From Nitrospirota bacterium (GTDB taxonomy: Bacteria; Nitrospirota; UBA9217), in assembly GCA_035623825.1 (NCBI GenBank), contig DASPSR010000049.1:29048-93047 (forward strand): a stretch of 64,000 nt of DNA, written 5' to 3'. Position numbers and translations under genes: made by a program. Of the stretch, positions 9,466-19,899 are shown piece by piece; the stretch's first letter is position 1; each line of letters opens with the position of its first letter. Under the pieces are notes generated by a model. The model ran no database searches, had not been told where the DNA came from, and was given only the letters and a program-made list of their open reading frames with translations.

Positions 9466-10905
9466 ATGTTCAAACTGAGCGCTGAGGCCAAGGTGGGGTT
9501 GTTGGTGCTCGTTGGATCGATCATTCTTCTCTATATGACCTTTGCTGTCGGCAAGTACGAGTTCGGAGAAAAAAAGGGATACACCATTCAGGCGATCTTC
9601 GATTCGGTAGCCGGGCTGGATGAAAAAGCGGCAGTGCGCATGGCAGGGGTCAAGATCGGCACCGTGGAGAGGGTTGTGCTTTCCGACAGCCGCGCCAAGG
9701 TCATCATGCGTATCGATCCCGGTGTACGGATTGAGCACGGTGCCCAGGCGATCGTCAAAACGATGGGACTTCTGGGGGAGAAGTATGTCGATATCATTCC
9801 ACCGGACCGCCTGCGTACGAACGATTCCGGCTCCGGGTCAGTCAGCGATCCACCTGCTGCCGAGCAGGCACGGTATTACCAGCCCGGTGAGACGATCCAG
9901 AAGACCGCTTCGCCCAGCGATGTGGACAAACTCGTGGCCCAGCTCAGTGGCATCGCCGATGACGTGAAGCAGGTGACGGCGTCCCTGCGGCAGGTCTTTG
10001 GCACCGAGCGGGGCACGCGGTCGATGGAGGACATCCTGGCCGACCTGCGCCAGACCACGGCAAACATCAAGGACTTTTCCCACGCGCTCCGGAGTGACGG
10101 AACCGAGCTGGTCATGAGATTGAACGAACTGACCGCGAGCCTGAACAGCGTCGTTAGCGAAAATCGTGACAATCTTAAGGTTACGATGGAAAATATCCGC
10201 GAAGCGTCAAAGAACGCGGAAATGGCATTGGCTTCCATTGAGGATGCATCACGAAAGATAGATCGAGGAGAGGGAACACTCGGGAAGCTCGTGACCGACG
10301 AGAGCATGTATAACAGCATCGACAGCGCTGCCAAGGGGATAAGCGATTATACCTCTCGTGTCGAGCGCTTGAAGACGACCATCGGCTTCCGGAGTGAATA
10401 CATGTTCCCGCAGGTCAAGGACTATTTCACGCTGGAGCTCAAGCCCCGGACGGACCAGTACTATATCCTCGAGCTGGTTTCCGACCCGTTCGGCAAATTC
10501 TCGCAGACACAGACGACATCCACGCCTCCCGGGACCACCGTCGTAACAAACACCTATGAGTACAAACTCAAGTACACCATCGAGTTTGCCAAGCGATTCG
10601 GCAACCTCGCATTTCGCATGGGATTGATCGAGTCCACAGGCGGAGCCGCCGTGGACTACTTTGCCCTCGATGACAGGATCAAGTTCAGCTTTGACGTCTG
10701 GAACACCGATAGCAAAGAACCTAACAACACGAGGGCGCACATGAAGGCGACGGCCACTTACGACCTGAACAAGTTCTTCTTCATCGACGCCGGCTATGAC
10801 AATTTCCTGAACCCCAAACTGGCCTTTCCCTTTGTGGGGATAGGGCTGCGATTCAGCGACGAGGATTTAAAATACTATCTCGGGAGCGTGCCGATGCCTA
10901 AGTAA
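9466..10905 (+). CDS. MCE/MlaD protein with long helical region and predicted C-terminal beta-barrel
   Basis: N-terminal TM, MCE motifs (GL...VRMAGVKIGTV, GLLGEKYV), coiled region, GTLGKL, then aromatic amphipathic strands. Confidence 0.9.
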   Translation: MFKLSAEAKVGLLVLVGSIILLYMTFAVGKYEFGEKKGYTIQAIFDSVAGLDEKAAVRMAGVKIGTVERVVLSDSRAKVIMRIDPGVRIEHGAQAIVKTMGLLGEKYVDIIPPDRLRTNDSGSGSVSDPPAAEQARYYQPGETIQKTASPSDVDKLVAQLSGIADDVKQVTASLRQVFGTERGTRSMEDILADLRQTTANIKDFSHALRSDGTELVMRLNELTASLNSVVSENRDNLKVTMENIREASKNAEMALASIEDASRKIDRGEGTLGKLVTDESMYNSIDSAAKGISDYTSRVERLKTTIGFRSEYMFPQVKDYFTLELKPRTDQYYILELVSDPFGKFSQTQTTSTPPGTTVVTNTYEYKLKYTIEFAKRFGNLAFRMGLIESTGGAAVDYFALDDRIKFSFDVWNTDSKEPNNTRAHMKATATYDLNKFFFIDAGYDNFLNPKLAFPFVGIGLRFSDEDLKYYLGSVPMPK

Positions 10906-10935
10906 TTTCACGCCGTTTTTTAACGGGATGCGACC

Positions 10936-10964
10936 TTGACTTTTGCGGGGCAGTCTCTTAGAAT
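10936..10964 (+). promoter_or_regulatory. sigma70-like promoter for galU
   Basis: TTGACT-17 nt-TAGAAT. Confidence 0.7.
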
Positions 10965-10982
10965 GACGCAAAGGAGCGAATC

Positions 10983-11852
10983 GTGCAGAAAGGGATTATA
11001 AAGGCGGTTTTCCCAGCCGCGGGTATGGGTACGAGGTTTCTACCGGCGACGAAGGCGTCTCCCAAAGAGATGCTCCCGCTCGTGGACAAACCTCTGATAC
11101 AGTACGTGATTGAAGAGGCTGTGCAGTCGGGCATTGAAGAGGTCGTGCTGGTCACCGGGAGGGGCAAACGGGCGATCGAGGATCATTTCGACGTGGCATT
11201 CGAGCTCGAAGAGGACCTCAGGGCAAAGGGCAAACATAAACTGCTTTCCGAGGTGCAGCGCATCGCCAACATGGTGACGTTTTGTTATATCCGCCAGAAG
11301 AAGGCCCTCGGCCTTGGTCACGCGGTTTTGACGTCCAAGAGGGTCGTGGGGAATGAACCGTTCGCCGTGCTCCTCGGGGACGACATCATTGATTCGGATG
11401 TTCCCGCGCTCAGACAGATGATGGTTGTTTATGAGAGGTATCCGTCCACGATTCTTGCCATCCAGAAAGTACCGAAGTCCCAGACACAGCACTACGGTAT
11501 CATTGACGCAAAAGAAATCGAGGAAGGCATCTACCTTGTAAAAGATCTTGTGGAGAAGCCTGCGCCCCATGAGGCGCCGTCGAACCTTGCAATCATCGGC
11601 CGATATATACTGACCCCTGAGATTTTTGGGGAACTAGAGCGAACACGACCCGGCAAAGGCGGTGAGATACAGTTGACCGACGGCCTTAGGTTGCTTATGG
11701 AAAGACAGCCGATCTACGCATACGAGGTCAAGGGCGTTCGGCATGATGCCGGCGATAAACTGGGATTTTTGAAGGCCACCGTCGAGTTCGGGTTGAAGAA
11801 TGAGGAGTTTGGCACGGAGTTCAGGAACTACCTGCAGCATTTGAAATTGTGA
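10983..11852 (+). CDS. galU: UTP-glucose-1-phosphate uridylyltransferase
   Basis: AAGMGTRFLPATKASPKEMLP, LVEKP, GEIQLTD. Confidence 0.97.
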   Translation: MQKGIIKAVFPAAGMGTRFLPATKASPKEMLPLVDKPLIQYVIEEAVQSGIEEVVLVTGRGKRAIEDHFDVAFELEEDLRAKGKHKLLSEVQRIANMVTFCYIRQKKALGLGHAVLTSKRVVGNEPFAVLLGDDIIDSDVPALRQMMVVYERYPSTILAIQKVPKSQTQHYGIIDAKEIEEGIYLVKDLVEKPAPHEAPSNLAIIGRYILTPEIFGELERTRPGKGGEIQLTDGLRLLMERQPIYAYEVKGVRHDAGDKLGFLKATVEFGLKNEEFGTEFRNYLQHLKL

Positions 11853-11915
11853 AGATCCGCTGATGACAGCGGATCGGAGCGAAAATGATAGCTTACCCAG
11901 TGCGAGGAGGATGAT

Positions 11916-14327
11916 TTGGCGAAAACGGAAACAAAAAACATCGATCTCCAGCAATCCATCGAAATACCGAAGAGGCTGCCACTGCTCCCGATCAGGGACA
12001 TCGTGGTCTTCCCGTATATGGTCCTTCCGCTCTTCGTCGGCAGAGAGATGTCCATCAAGGCGATCGAGGTGGCGCTTGAGGGAAACCGCATGATATTTCT
12101 GGCCTCCCAGAAGGATATCAATGTGGAAAATCCCTCCCCATCCGATCTGTATTCCGTTGGCACTGTAGGGGTAATCATGCGCATGCTGAAGCTGCCGGAC
12201 GGCCGCATTAAGATACTCGTTCAGGGAGTGGCGCGGGCTAAGACGCTCAAATTCCTTCAGAAGGAACCCTTCTATCAGGTGGAGATAAAGACATTCCCCG
12301 ATGTTTCCAACCCGGTTTCGATCGAGACCGAGGCGTTGATGCGGAATGTGAAAGAGCAAATTGAGAAACTGGTGTCCTTCGGGAAGGTCATCCTGCCCGA
12401 CATTATGGTGGTCATCGAGAACGTGGACGACGCGGGCAAACTCGCCGATCTTGCCGTTGCTAATATGGGGCTCAAGGTCGAGCAGGCGCAGGATATTCTG
12501 GAAATTACAGATCCGATCCAACGGATCAAACGAATCAACGAAGCCTTGGGCAAGGAGATCGAACTTCTCTCCATGCAGCAGAAGATTCAGGCCGATGTTC
12601 GCGGCGAAATCGACAAGACGCAGCGGGAATACTTCCTGCGCGAGCAGCTGAAGGCGATCCAGCGGGAGCTTGGCGAGACCGATGATCGGTCCGAAGACCT
12701 GCGCGAACTGCGCGAGAAGATAAAAGAAGCGAAGATGCCTGAGAAGGCTGCCAAAGAGGCGGAGAAACAGCTCAGGAGGCTTGAACGGATGCATCCGGAC
12801 GCTGCGGAGGCCTCCATGACCAGGACGTACATCGAATGGCTCGCTGACCTTCCGTGGAGCAAGGCGACCAAGGACAACCTTGACCTTAAGGCGGCGCACA
12901 GGGTTCTCGAGGAAGACCATTACGATCTTGAAAAGGTAAAGGAGAGGATTTTGGAATACCTCTCCGTCCGCAAACTCAAGGAGAAGATGAAAGGCCCTAT
13001 CCTCTGTTTCGTCGGCCCTCCGGGAGTGGGCAAAACATCGCTAGGAAAGTCCATCGCTCGGGCATTAGGCAGAGAATTTGTCCGCATTTCTCTGGGAGGA
13101 GTCCGGGACGAGGCGGAGATCCGAGGCCACCGGCGGACCTACGTCGGCGCTCTGCCCGGCAGGATCATTCAGGGCATCAAGACCGCCGGTTCCAACAATC
13201 CCGTTTTCATGCTGGACGAGATCGACAAAATCGGTGCCGACTTCCGCGGAGACCCGTCCGCGGCCCTGCTCGAGGTGCTCGACCCCGAACAGAACAACTC
13301 GTTTAGCGACCACTACATCGGACTGGCTTTCGACCTTTCGCGTGTGATGTTCATCACGACCGCAAACATGACAGATCCCATCCCATCGCCGCTCAGGGAC
13401 AGGATGGAGATTATCAATCTGTCTGGCTACACCGAACAAGAGAAACTCGGCATCGCGAAGAGTTACCTGATCCCCCGGCAGATGCTGGAACACGGCATAA
13501 CGGAAAAGCAGATCAGCATACCGGATAAGACCGTCCTCCAGGTCATTGCGCAGTACACGCGCGAGGCGGGCGTGAGGAACCTGGAGCGAGAGATCGGCCA
13601 CCTCTGTCGCAAGGTCGCGAGGAAGATTGCCGAGGGCGAGACCGGCCTATTCACGATTACACCGAACAACCTCCACCAATACTTGGGGGTACCCAAGTAC
13701 CTGCCGGAGGTCGAGCGTGAGAAGGACGAGGTGGGTGTTGTGACCGGACTTGCCTGGACCGAGACCGGCGGAGATGTGCTGTATATCGAGGCGACCACCA
13801 TGCGCGGCAAGGGAAATCTTACGCTCACCGGTCATCTCGGCGACGTTATGAAGGAATCAGCACACGCGGCGCTTACCTATGTGCGCTCCCGGGCCGGGGA
13901 ACTGGGCATCAAGATCGAGCAATTCGGGAAGACAGATGTCCATATCCATGTGCCGGCGGGAGCCATTCCCAAGGACGGACCGTCGGCGGGGGTTACCATG
14001 GCCACCGCGCTTGCATCGGTCTTCATGAACTCACCGGTGAAAAAGGACCTCGCCATGACCGGTGAAGTTACTCTCAGGGGACGGGTTCTGCCCATCGGCG
14101 GCCTCAAGGAGAAAACACTTGCGGCCAAGCGGGCGGGGATCAAGACTATGATCATTCCGAAGCAGAACGAAAAGGACCTCGACGACATACCGAAAAATCT
14201 CAAGAAAGACATGAAATTCATTTTTGTCGAGACCATGGACGAAGTCATATCGTCTGCACTCCGCAAAAAACCGCCGCGCCGGATAGCACACCAGAGACTT
14301 CCCGGCAGGTCCCGGGCCACACACTGA
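11916..14327 (+). CDS. lon: ATP-dependent Lon protease
   Basis: [22 protein letters not shown] catalytic Ser, GGLKEK; TTG start after GAGGAGG. Confidence 0.97.
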   Translation: MAKTETKNIDLQQSIEIPKRLPLLPIRDIVVFPYMVLPLFVGREMSIKAIEVALEGNRMIFLASQKDINVENPSPSDLYSVGTVGVIMRMLKLPDGRIKILVQGVARAKTLKFLQKEPFYQVEIKTFPDVSNPVSIETEALMRNVKEQIEKLVSFGKVILPDIMVVIENVDDAGKLADLAVANMGLKVEQAQDILEITDPIQRIKRINEALGKEIELLSMQQKIQADVRGEIDKTQREYFLREQLKAIQRELGETDDRSEDLRELREKIKEAKMPEKAAKEAEKQLRRLERMHPDAAEASMTRTYIEWLADLPWSKATKDNLDLKAAHRVLEEDHYDLEKVKERILEYLSVRKLKEKMKGPILCFVGPPGVGKTSLGKSIARALGREFVRISLGGVRDEAEIRGHRRTYVGALPGRIIQGIKTAGSNNPVFMLDEIDKIGADFRGDPSAALLEVLDPEQNNSFSDHYIGLAFDLSRVMFITTANMTDPIPSPLRDRMEIINLSGYTEQEKLGIAKSYLIPRQMLEHGITEKQISIPDKTVLQVIAQYTREAGVRNLEREIGHLCRKVARKIAEGETGLFTITPNNLHQYLGVPKYLPEVEREKDEVGVVTGLAWTETGGDVLYIEATTMRGKGNLTLTGHLGDVMKESAHAALTYVRSRAGELGIKIEQFGKTDVHIHVPAGAIPKDGPSAGVTMATALASVFMNSPVKKDLAMTGEVTLRGRVLPIGGLKEKTLAAKRAGIKTMIIPKQNEKDLDDIPKNLKKDMKFIFVETMDEVISSALRKKPPRRIAHQRLPGRSRATH

Positions 14328-14330
14328 TCC

Positions 14331-15335
14331 ATGAGAATATCAGACCTGGGAGAATTTGGCCTGATTCGGAATATCCAGAGGTTGTCGTTCCGGAAAACGT
14401 CTAAAGCGCTGATCGGTATCGGAGACGATGCCGCGGCGCTGAAGGTTGCCTCATCAAAGGTACTCCTCGCCACGACGGATATGCTCCTCGAAGAAGTGCA
14501 CTTCGACCTCTCCTTCACGGATCTTTATTCCCTGGGGTGGAAATCTGCAGCTGTAAATTTGAGCGATATCGCCGCAATGGGGGGAGTCCCCTGCTATTGC
14601 CTGACCGGGCTCGGAATTCCGGATCAAGTCACCGCAGAACAGATCATGGAATTTTATCGCGGGTTCAATGCTCTATTGAAAATGCACAGGGCGACTCTCG
14701 TTGGTGGAGATACGTGTCATTCCCGGAATGGGATGGTGATCAGCGTTACCGTTCTCGGCGAAGTTGAGAAAAAGAACCTCCTTTCCCGCGCCGGAGCCCG
14801 GCCAGGAGACAGGGTGTTCGTGACGGGCACCTTGGGAGGTTCAGCCGCAGGACTGGAGATTCTGCAGAAAGGTATAAGGAGCAAGGGAGCAGAGGCGAAA
14901 AGACTGATTACAGTGCATCTTCGCCCAGTTCCGCGCACGGCGGAAGGCAGGGCGATCGCACGGTCCGGATGCGCAAGCGCGATGATCGACATCAGCGACG
15001 GGCTCTCATCCGACATCGCCCATATCTGCGAACAGAGCGGCGTTGGAGCAGTAATATACGGGGACAGAATACCGATTTCTCCTTCACTCATGAGGCTTTC
15101 CAGTCGCCTCACGATGCCGGTGCTGCATTACGCGCTGTCTGGTGGGGAAGATTATGAACTCCTGCTCACGGTACCGCCCGGCAAGCTAAACAAACTGCAA
15201 TCGCTGCATCTCCCCGTAACCGAGATCGGAAAGATTACACGAAGCAAAGCGCTGATGCTCGTGGACCATACTGGCAGGAAGAACACCCTTCAGCCGACGG
15301 GGTACGAACATTTCCGAAGGATGAAGAGAACCTAG
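14331..15335 (+). CDS. thiL: Thiamine-monophosphate kinase
   Basis: GEFGLI, GIGDDAA, NLSDIAAMGG, DISDGL, GGEDYEL. Confidence 0.96.
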   Translation: MRISDLGEFGLIRNIQRLSFRKTSKALIGIGDDAAALKVASSKVLLATTDMLLEEVHFDLSFTDLYSLGWKSAAVNLSDIAAMGGVPCYCLTGLGIPDQVTAEQIMEFYRGFNALLKMHRATLVGGDTCHSRNGMVISVTVLGEVEKKNLLSRAGARPGDRVFVTGTLGGSAAGLEILQKGIRSKGAEAKRLITVHLRPVPRTAEGRAIARSGCASAMIDISDGLSSDIAHICEQSGVGAVIYGDRIPISPSLMRLSSRLTMPVLHYALSGGEDYELLLTVPPGKLNKLQSLHLPVTEIGKITRSKALMLVDHTGRKNTLQPTGYEHFRRMKRT

Positions 15336-15367
15336 AACGCTCGAGGAGACAGACCGCAGGTATTCTC

Positions 15368-15811
15368 ATGAAGTATATCAGAGACCGCATTAGAAGCTTT
15401 TTCCATCTGAAAGACTCAGCGAACAGACTGGCATCCGCTTTCGCCCTCGGAGTGTTCATTGCGTTCACACCTACCATAGGATTGCACACGATCAGCTGTC
15501 TCTTTTTTGCCTGGATATTCAGGTTGAGCAAGCTCGTGGTTCTCACCGGGGCTTTCATCAACAATCCCTGGACCATCGTCCCCCTGTACGGCTTCTGCCT
15601 GTGGTTTGGCATCAGGATCACGGGCAGTGACGTGGTGACCCCTCGCATCGCGTGGAATGATCTCACGGTAACGAATGCTTACCTCATCCTCAAACCCTAT
15701 CTGTGGCCATTTATCGCAGGGACCCTCGTGGTCGGGGCCGTTGCCGCAATTGTTTCTTACGGTATTATGTACTGGGCCATTGTACAGCACAGAAAAACGG
15801 ATCTACCATGA
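15368..15811 (+). CDS. DUF2062-family membrane protein
   Basis: LASAFALGVFIAFTP.IGLHT, NNPWT motifs. Confidence 0.8.
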   Translation: MKYIRDRIRSFFHLKDSANRLASAFALGVFIAFTPTIGLHTISCLFFAWIFRLSKLVVLTGAFINNPWTIVPLYGFCLWFGIRITGSDVVTPRIAWNDLTVTNAYLILKPYLWPFIAGTLVVGAVAAIVSYGIMYWAIVQHRKTDLP

Positions 15812-15982
15812 GCCGATTGCCGGCTCATTGAATGCGCGTCCTGTATCGTTGAGTCCCTTCGGTATGTGCTGATGCTCATGCCAAGGGTTACAGGACCGGC
15901 CCATTGCCGCTTTCCGGGTGCCCCATGGCGCATGCGAAATAAAGCGCAGCGAAAAAAATGGCATAGCCGCTATGCCGCACTA

Positions 15983-16011
15983 TTGACTGTTTGAATCATG
16001 TGGATTAAGAT
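15983..16011 (+). promoter_or_regulatory. sigma70-like promoter for the glycosyltransferase cluster
   Basis: TTGACT-17 nt-TAAGAT. Confidence 0.65.
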
Positions 16012-16063
16012 ATCGTACTGTTAACTCGGACAGAAATACAGGGTTCAGGATGGAGGACAGGGT

Positions 16064-17086
16064 CTGAAGGCACCGCTTGTTTCTGTTGTGATCGTGAATT
16101 GGAACGGAAAGCATCTTCTGGGCGAATGTCTCGAATCGCTCCGCCGCCAGACGTTCCAGGATTTTGAAATCGTCATTGTCGATAACGACTCGCGAGATGG
16201 TTCCGTAGAGTACATCCGCGAGCGGTATCGGGAAGTCAATCTCGTCACTCTGCCGGTCAATAAGGGATTTGCCGGCGGCAATAACGCCGGGATACGGATC
16301 GCCTCCGGAAGCTATATCGCGCTTTTGAACAATGATACAAAAACCGATCCAACCTGGCTGGAGAACTTGATCAAGGAGGCAGAATCAAACCCTGCCGCCG
16401 GAATGCTGGCGTGTAAGATTCTTTCTTACAGTGATCCTGACATAATCGATAATGTCGGGCTTCTCATATACCGCGATGGCCTCGCCAGGGGGAAAGGCAG
16501 GCTTGAACGAGACCGGGGACAGTACGATCAGAAAGGCGAAGCGCTTTTCCCGAGCGGGTGCGCCGGATTATATCGCAGGAATCTTCTGGAAGAAACGGGC
16601 CTTTTCGACGAGGAGTTCTTCGCGTATGCCGATGATGTGGATCTCGGACTTCGCGGAAGGCTGACGGGCTGGGGATGCGTCTACGTCCCCGCAGCAAAAG
16701 TGTACCACAAGTATTCGTCCTCCTCGGCTTCTTATTCTTCGCTGAAGGCTTTTTTAGTTGAACGAAACAGGGTGTGGGTGCTGCTCAAGTACTATCCTGC
16801 CGAGCTTATTGTTGCGAGCGCATACTTCACCGCCAAGCGTCTCCTGCTGCAGTTCTACGGCGCGCTATCCGGGAAGGGGGCCAGCGGCAGGTTCACAGCT
16901 GAAAACAGCATGTTTCACGCGGTCACTGTGTTGCTGCGGGCATGGTGCTCAGCACTTGCGGCCACACCGCAGGTGCTGAGACAACGGTGGGAGTTTGCCA
17001 AGAAAAAACGTATCGGACGGCGTGAGTTCTACCGGTTAATTCGCGAGTTTGGGATCTCGGCGTCAGAGATAGCGCTGAGGGACTAG
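16064..17086 (+). CDS. Family 2 glycosyltransferase (WbbL/RfbF-like); probable CTG start (first standard start GTG 16088)
   Basis: PLVSVVIVNWNG, VDNDSRDGS, LNND, FFAYADDVDL. GGAGGA lies 6 nt upstream of CTG 16064. Confidence 0.9.
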   Translation: MKAPLVSVVIVNWNGKHLLGECLESLRRQTFQDFEIVIVDNDSRDGSVEYIRERYREVNLVTLPVNKGFAGGNNAGIRIASGSYIALLNNDTKTDPTWLENLIKEAESNPAAGMLACKILSYSDPDIIDNVGLLIYRDGLARGKGRLERDRGQYDQKGEALFPSGCAGLYRRNLLEETGLFDEEFFAYADDVDLGLRGRLTGWGCVYVPAAKVYHKYSSSSASYSSLKAFLVERNRVWVLLKYYPAELIVASAYFTAKRLLLQFYGALSGKGASGRFTAENSMFHAVTVLLRAWCSALAATPQVLRQRWEFAKKKRIGRREFYRLIREFGISASEIALRD

Positions 17087-17089
17087 ATT

Positions 17090-17779
17090 ATGAAGACATT
17101 GATAATTGTGCCAGCATATAACGAGGAAGAAAGCCTTCCCGGGGTGATACGCGACCTGAGGGAGAACATCCGGTTCGCAGATATATTAGTCGTGAATGAT
17201 GGTTCGCGGGATGCGACGGCGCGGACTGCCGAAGAGATGGGTGTCGTGGTTGTAAGCCTTCCGTTCAACCTCGGCATCGGCGGGGCGATGCAGGCAGGAT
17301 ATCTATACGCTGAGCAGGGAGGCTATGACATCGCCGTCCAATTTGACGGCGACGGCCAACACCTTGCCGGGGAGATAGAGAAGTTGCTGCGCCAGATAAA
17401 TGAAGGGAGCGCTGATCTCGTTGTTGGTTCCCGTTTCTTGAAGCGGGGGCGGTATAATGCCTCTGTCTTCCGGAAAATAGGCATATGGATTTTTTCAGCT
17501 GTTCTTTCCCGAATCCTCGGAATGCCAGTGACCGACAGTACCTCGGGTTTTCGAGCTGCAAACCGCCGGGTGATCACATTTTTTTCCCGCACATATCCTG
17601 ACGATTACCCGGAGGTGGAGGCGCTCGTCCTCCTTCACAAGGCAAAAATGCGGATAGCCGAGGTGCCGGTCAGCATGCGCGAGCGCACGGGAGGAAGATC
17701 CTCAATAACCCCTATCCGTTCGGCGTATTACATGATAAAGGTTCTCTTGGCGATCTTTATCGATTTGCTTAAAAAGTGA
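17090..17779 (+). CDS. Family 2 glycosyltransferase, polyprenyl-phosphate glycosyltransferase (DPM-synthase-like)
   Basis: PAYNEE, NDGSRD, DGDGQH, GSRF, DSTSGFRA. Confidence 0.9.
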   Translation: MKTLIIVPAYNEEESLPGVIRDLRENIRFADILVVNDGSRDATARTAEEMGVVVVSLPFNLGIGGAMQAGYLYAEQGGYDIAVQFDGDGQHLAGEIEKLLRQINEGSADLVVGSRFLKRGRYNASVFRKIGIWIFSAVLSRILGMPVTDSTSGFRAANRRVITFFSRTYPDDYPEVEALVLLHKAKMRIAEVPVSMRERTGGRSSITPIRSAYYMIKVLLAIFIDLLKK

Positions 17780-17787
17780 GGTGGACA

Positions 17788-18162
17788 ATGGACCTGTTAA
17801 AAATTCTGGCAATCGTTGGAAGCGGGACGGTTTTGTTCCTCGTGATCGAACTGATACGGCGAGGACGACTCAAAGAGCGCTATTCACTGCTATGGCTTTT
17901 TGCCAGTGGAGTGCTGCTGATCCTCTCATCATCGAGGGATATTCTCAAATATATTTCAGACATGATGGGCATCTATTATCCGCCTTCGTTTCTTTTCCTG
18001 CTCGCGTTTTTGTTTCTGCTTCTGATCACCCTGCACTTCTCTGTGACTATCTCGGGGCTTTCGGAAAAAAATAAAAGGTTGGCTCAAGAGTTGGCGCTGT
18101 TACGCCAGGAAATGCGGGAATCCATCGGCAGGAGGCATGTCGACAGACCGGGGAAGGAATGA
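17788..18162 (+). CDS. DUF2304-family membrane protein
   Basis: RRGRLKERYSLLW, GIYYPP, LAQELALL; directly follows the DPM-like GT2. Confidence 0.85.
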   Translation: MDLLKILAIVGSGTVLFLVIELIRRGRLKERYSLLWLFASGVLLILSSSRDILKYISDMMGIYYPPSFLFLLAFLFLLLITLHFSVTISGLSEKNKRLAQELALLRQEMRESIGRRHVDRPGKE

Positions 18163-18247
18163 AGAGGGGAAATTATTCTTTACATTGCTAGGCGGACGTG
18201 TTACATAGTATACGCACGTACTGCACAAAAGGAGGATATGCAACCAA

Positions 18248-19432
18248 ATGGGGTCATTTCGCGGTAGCTTGGAAAAGATATTCCATAGCAATCGGTTTAA
18301 CGCCATTGCGTTCGGCGTCATTGCGGCAATAATCCTGATAGCGTATTCCAATACCTTTACGGCAAGCTTTCACTTTGACGATACCGCATCGATTGAAGAA
18401 AATTATCTGATTAAACGCGTGACCATGGATAATCTCATCAGCATCATGAAGGGCGTCCGGCCCGTGGTCTACCTGAGCATCATGCTCAATTACCAACTGA
18501 GCGGCCTGAATGTGGTCGGATGGCATGTTTTCAACATTGGACTTCATGTTGCCAACAGCTTTCTCATCTATCTGCTTATCAGCAGGACGCTGAGTTTGCC
18601 GACATTGGCAAAACGGTATGCTGATAAGGCGAAGAGGATGGCCCTGTTCGCTGCGCTTCTGTTTGCGGTACACCCTATCCAGACAGAAGCCGTCACCTAC
18701 ATCATAAGCCGCACTGAATTGCTGGCAACCTTTTTTTACCTGGCCGCATTTCTGTTGTTCATCCAGGGGACGCAGAAGCGCGCCTCTTCATATTATATCG
18801 GCGTCTTTTTCTCATCTCTCCTGGCTATTGGATCAAAAGAGTGGGCGGTGACCCTGCCCGCAATGCTCATGCTTTATGATTATATGTTTTTTTCGGAGGG
18901 AAATATAAAAAATGTCCTGTCCCATTGGAAGGCATTCGTGCTTGCAGCTTTGCCGTGGGGTTTGCTCGCTTATAACTTAAATTTAACCTCCGGTACAAGT
19001 GTTGGATTCAATGTGTCAACTCCGAGCGGCATAACCCCTGTTTCATACCTGCTGACTTCGTTCAATGTTATCTGGACCTATGTCAGGCTTTTGATCTTTC
19101 CGGTCAATCAAAACCTCGATTACGATTACCGGATTGCCAAGACACTGTTTGAATTCCCTACATTACTGTCCTTGTTGGGACATGTAGCCCTCGTAGGGAT
19201 AGCATTCTGGCTCTATAAAAAGAGAGGATGGCAATTAACATTCTTCGGGGTGGCGTGGTTTTACATAGCATTATCTCCTGTGCAGAGCTTTGTGCCGGTC
19301 ATCGATGTCATTTTTGAGCATAGGCTCTATATGCCATCGATCGGGTTCTTTCTTGTTTTTGTCGTTGCCTATGAGAACTTCTTCGAATGGTGGGAAACAA
19401 AACAGTTGATAAGGAGAAGTTCCGCAGCATGA
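18248..19432 (+). CDS. TMTC-like GT-C membrane glycosyltransferase without TPR tail
   Basis: FHFDD, RP, WH..NI.LH, HPIQTEAVTYIISR, SKE and EHRLYMP motifs; multiple TM segments. Confidence 0.75.
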   Translation: MGSFRGSLEKIFHSNRFNAIAFGVIAAIILIAYSNTFTASFHFDDTASIEENYLIKRVTMDNLISIMKGVRPVVYLSIMLNYQLSGLNVVGWHVFNIGLHVANSFLIYLLISRTLSLPTLAKRYADKAKRMALFAALLFAVHPIQTEAVTYIISRTELLATFFYLAAFLLFIQGTQKRASSYYIGVFFSSLLAIGSKEWAVTLPAMLMLYDYMFFSEGNIKNVLSHWKAFVLAALPWGLLAYNLNLTSGTSVGFNVSTPSGITPVSYLLTSFNVIWTYVRLLIFPVNQNLDYDYRIAKTLFEFPTLLSLLGHVALVGIAFWLYKKRGWQLTFFGVAWFYIALSPVQSFVPVIDVIFEHRLYMPSIGFFLVFVVAYENFFEWWETKQLIRRSSAA

Positions 19433-19828
19433 AGCAGAAACGGGGATACATGCCGTAGAGGACTTCATAATCCGGTTCTTCCTGCGCGCATGACCCCCTC
19501 AGTGAGATTCCTGTCCGTCATTGTGTGTCGGGTAGCTGTGCTCCCGCCATGACGGATAAGATGCCAAGCAGTATCGATGAACTTCCAGCCATATCATTTT
19601 CACTTTGTAAGTGTTTCATCCTCCGCCGCACGAAAGTTCTCTGCTGCGAACATCATGGTTAACGTATGATGCCACAGCAAGGCATCTCTTCCCGGCCAAA
19701 CCTGATCCTTCAGTGTGCTATAAAACTTTTATTGTGCGGGAGCATCACTGACTGTCCTGAAGGGATTGAATTCGATCAGTTTTGAGACGGCGAAGATGGT
19801 ATTTTATGCCGGAACGGCAATAAAATAC

Positions 19829-19857
19829 TTTACACTCTTTTGACATGATGCTATCAT
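19829..19857 (+). promoter_or_regulatory. sigma70-like promoter for the patatin gene
   Basis: TTTACA-17 nt-TATCAT with TGn. Confidence 0.6.
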
Positions 19858-19899
19858 TGTTATCTGAAAAAAGCGATTTTAGGTTCTACTGGAGCATCT

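Noticed and set aside
11634-12920. 428-aa minus-strand ORF, and similar long antisense ORFs (8628-9380, 41535-42389, 58327-59067, 50977-51618)
   Set aside because: They lie opposite well-supported genes, have no recognisable motifs and are typical shadow ORFs of GC-rich coding DNA.
19433-19828. Frameshifted TPR tail of the TMTC-like gene
   Set aside because: I could not recognise TPR-like sequence downstream of the stop, so no pseudogene call is made.
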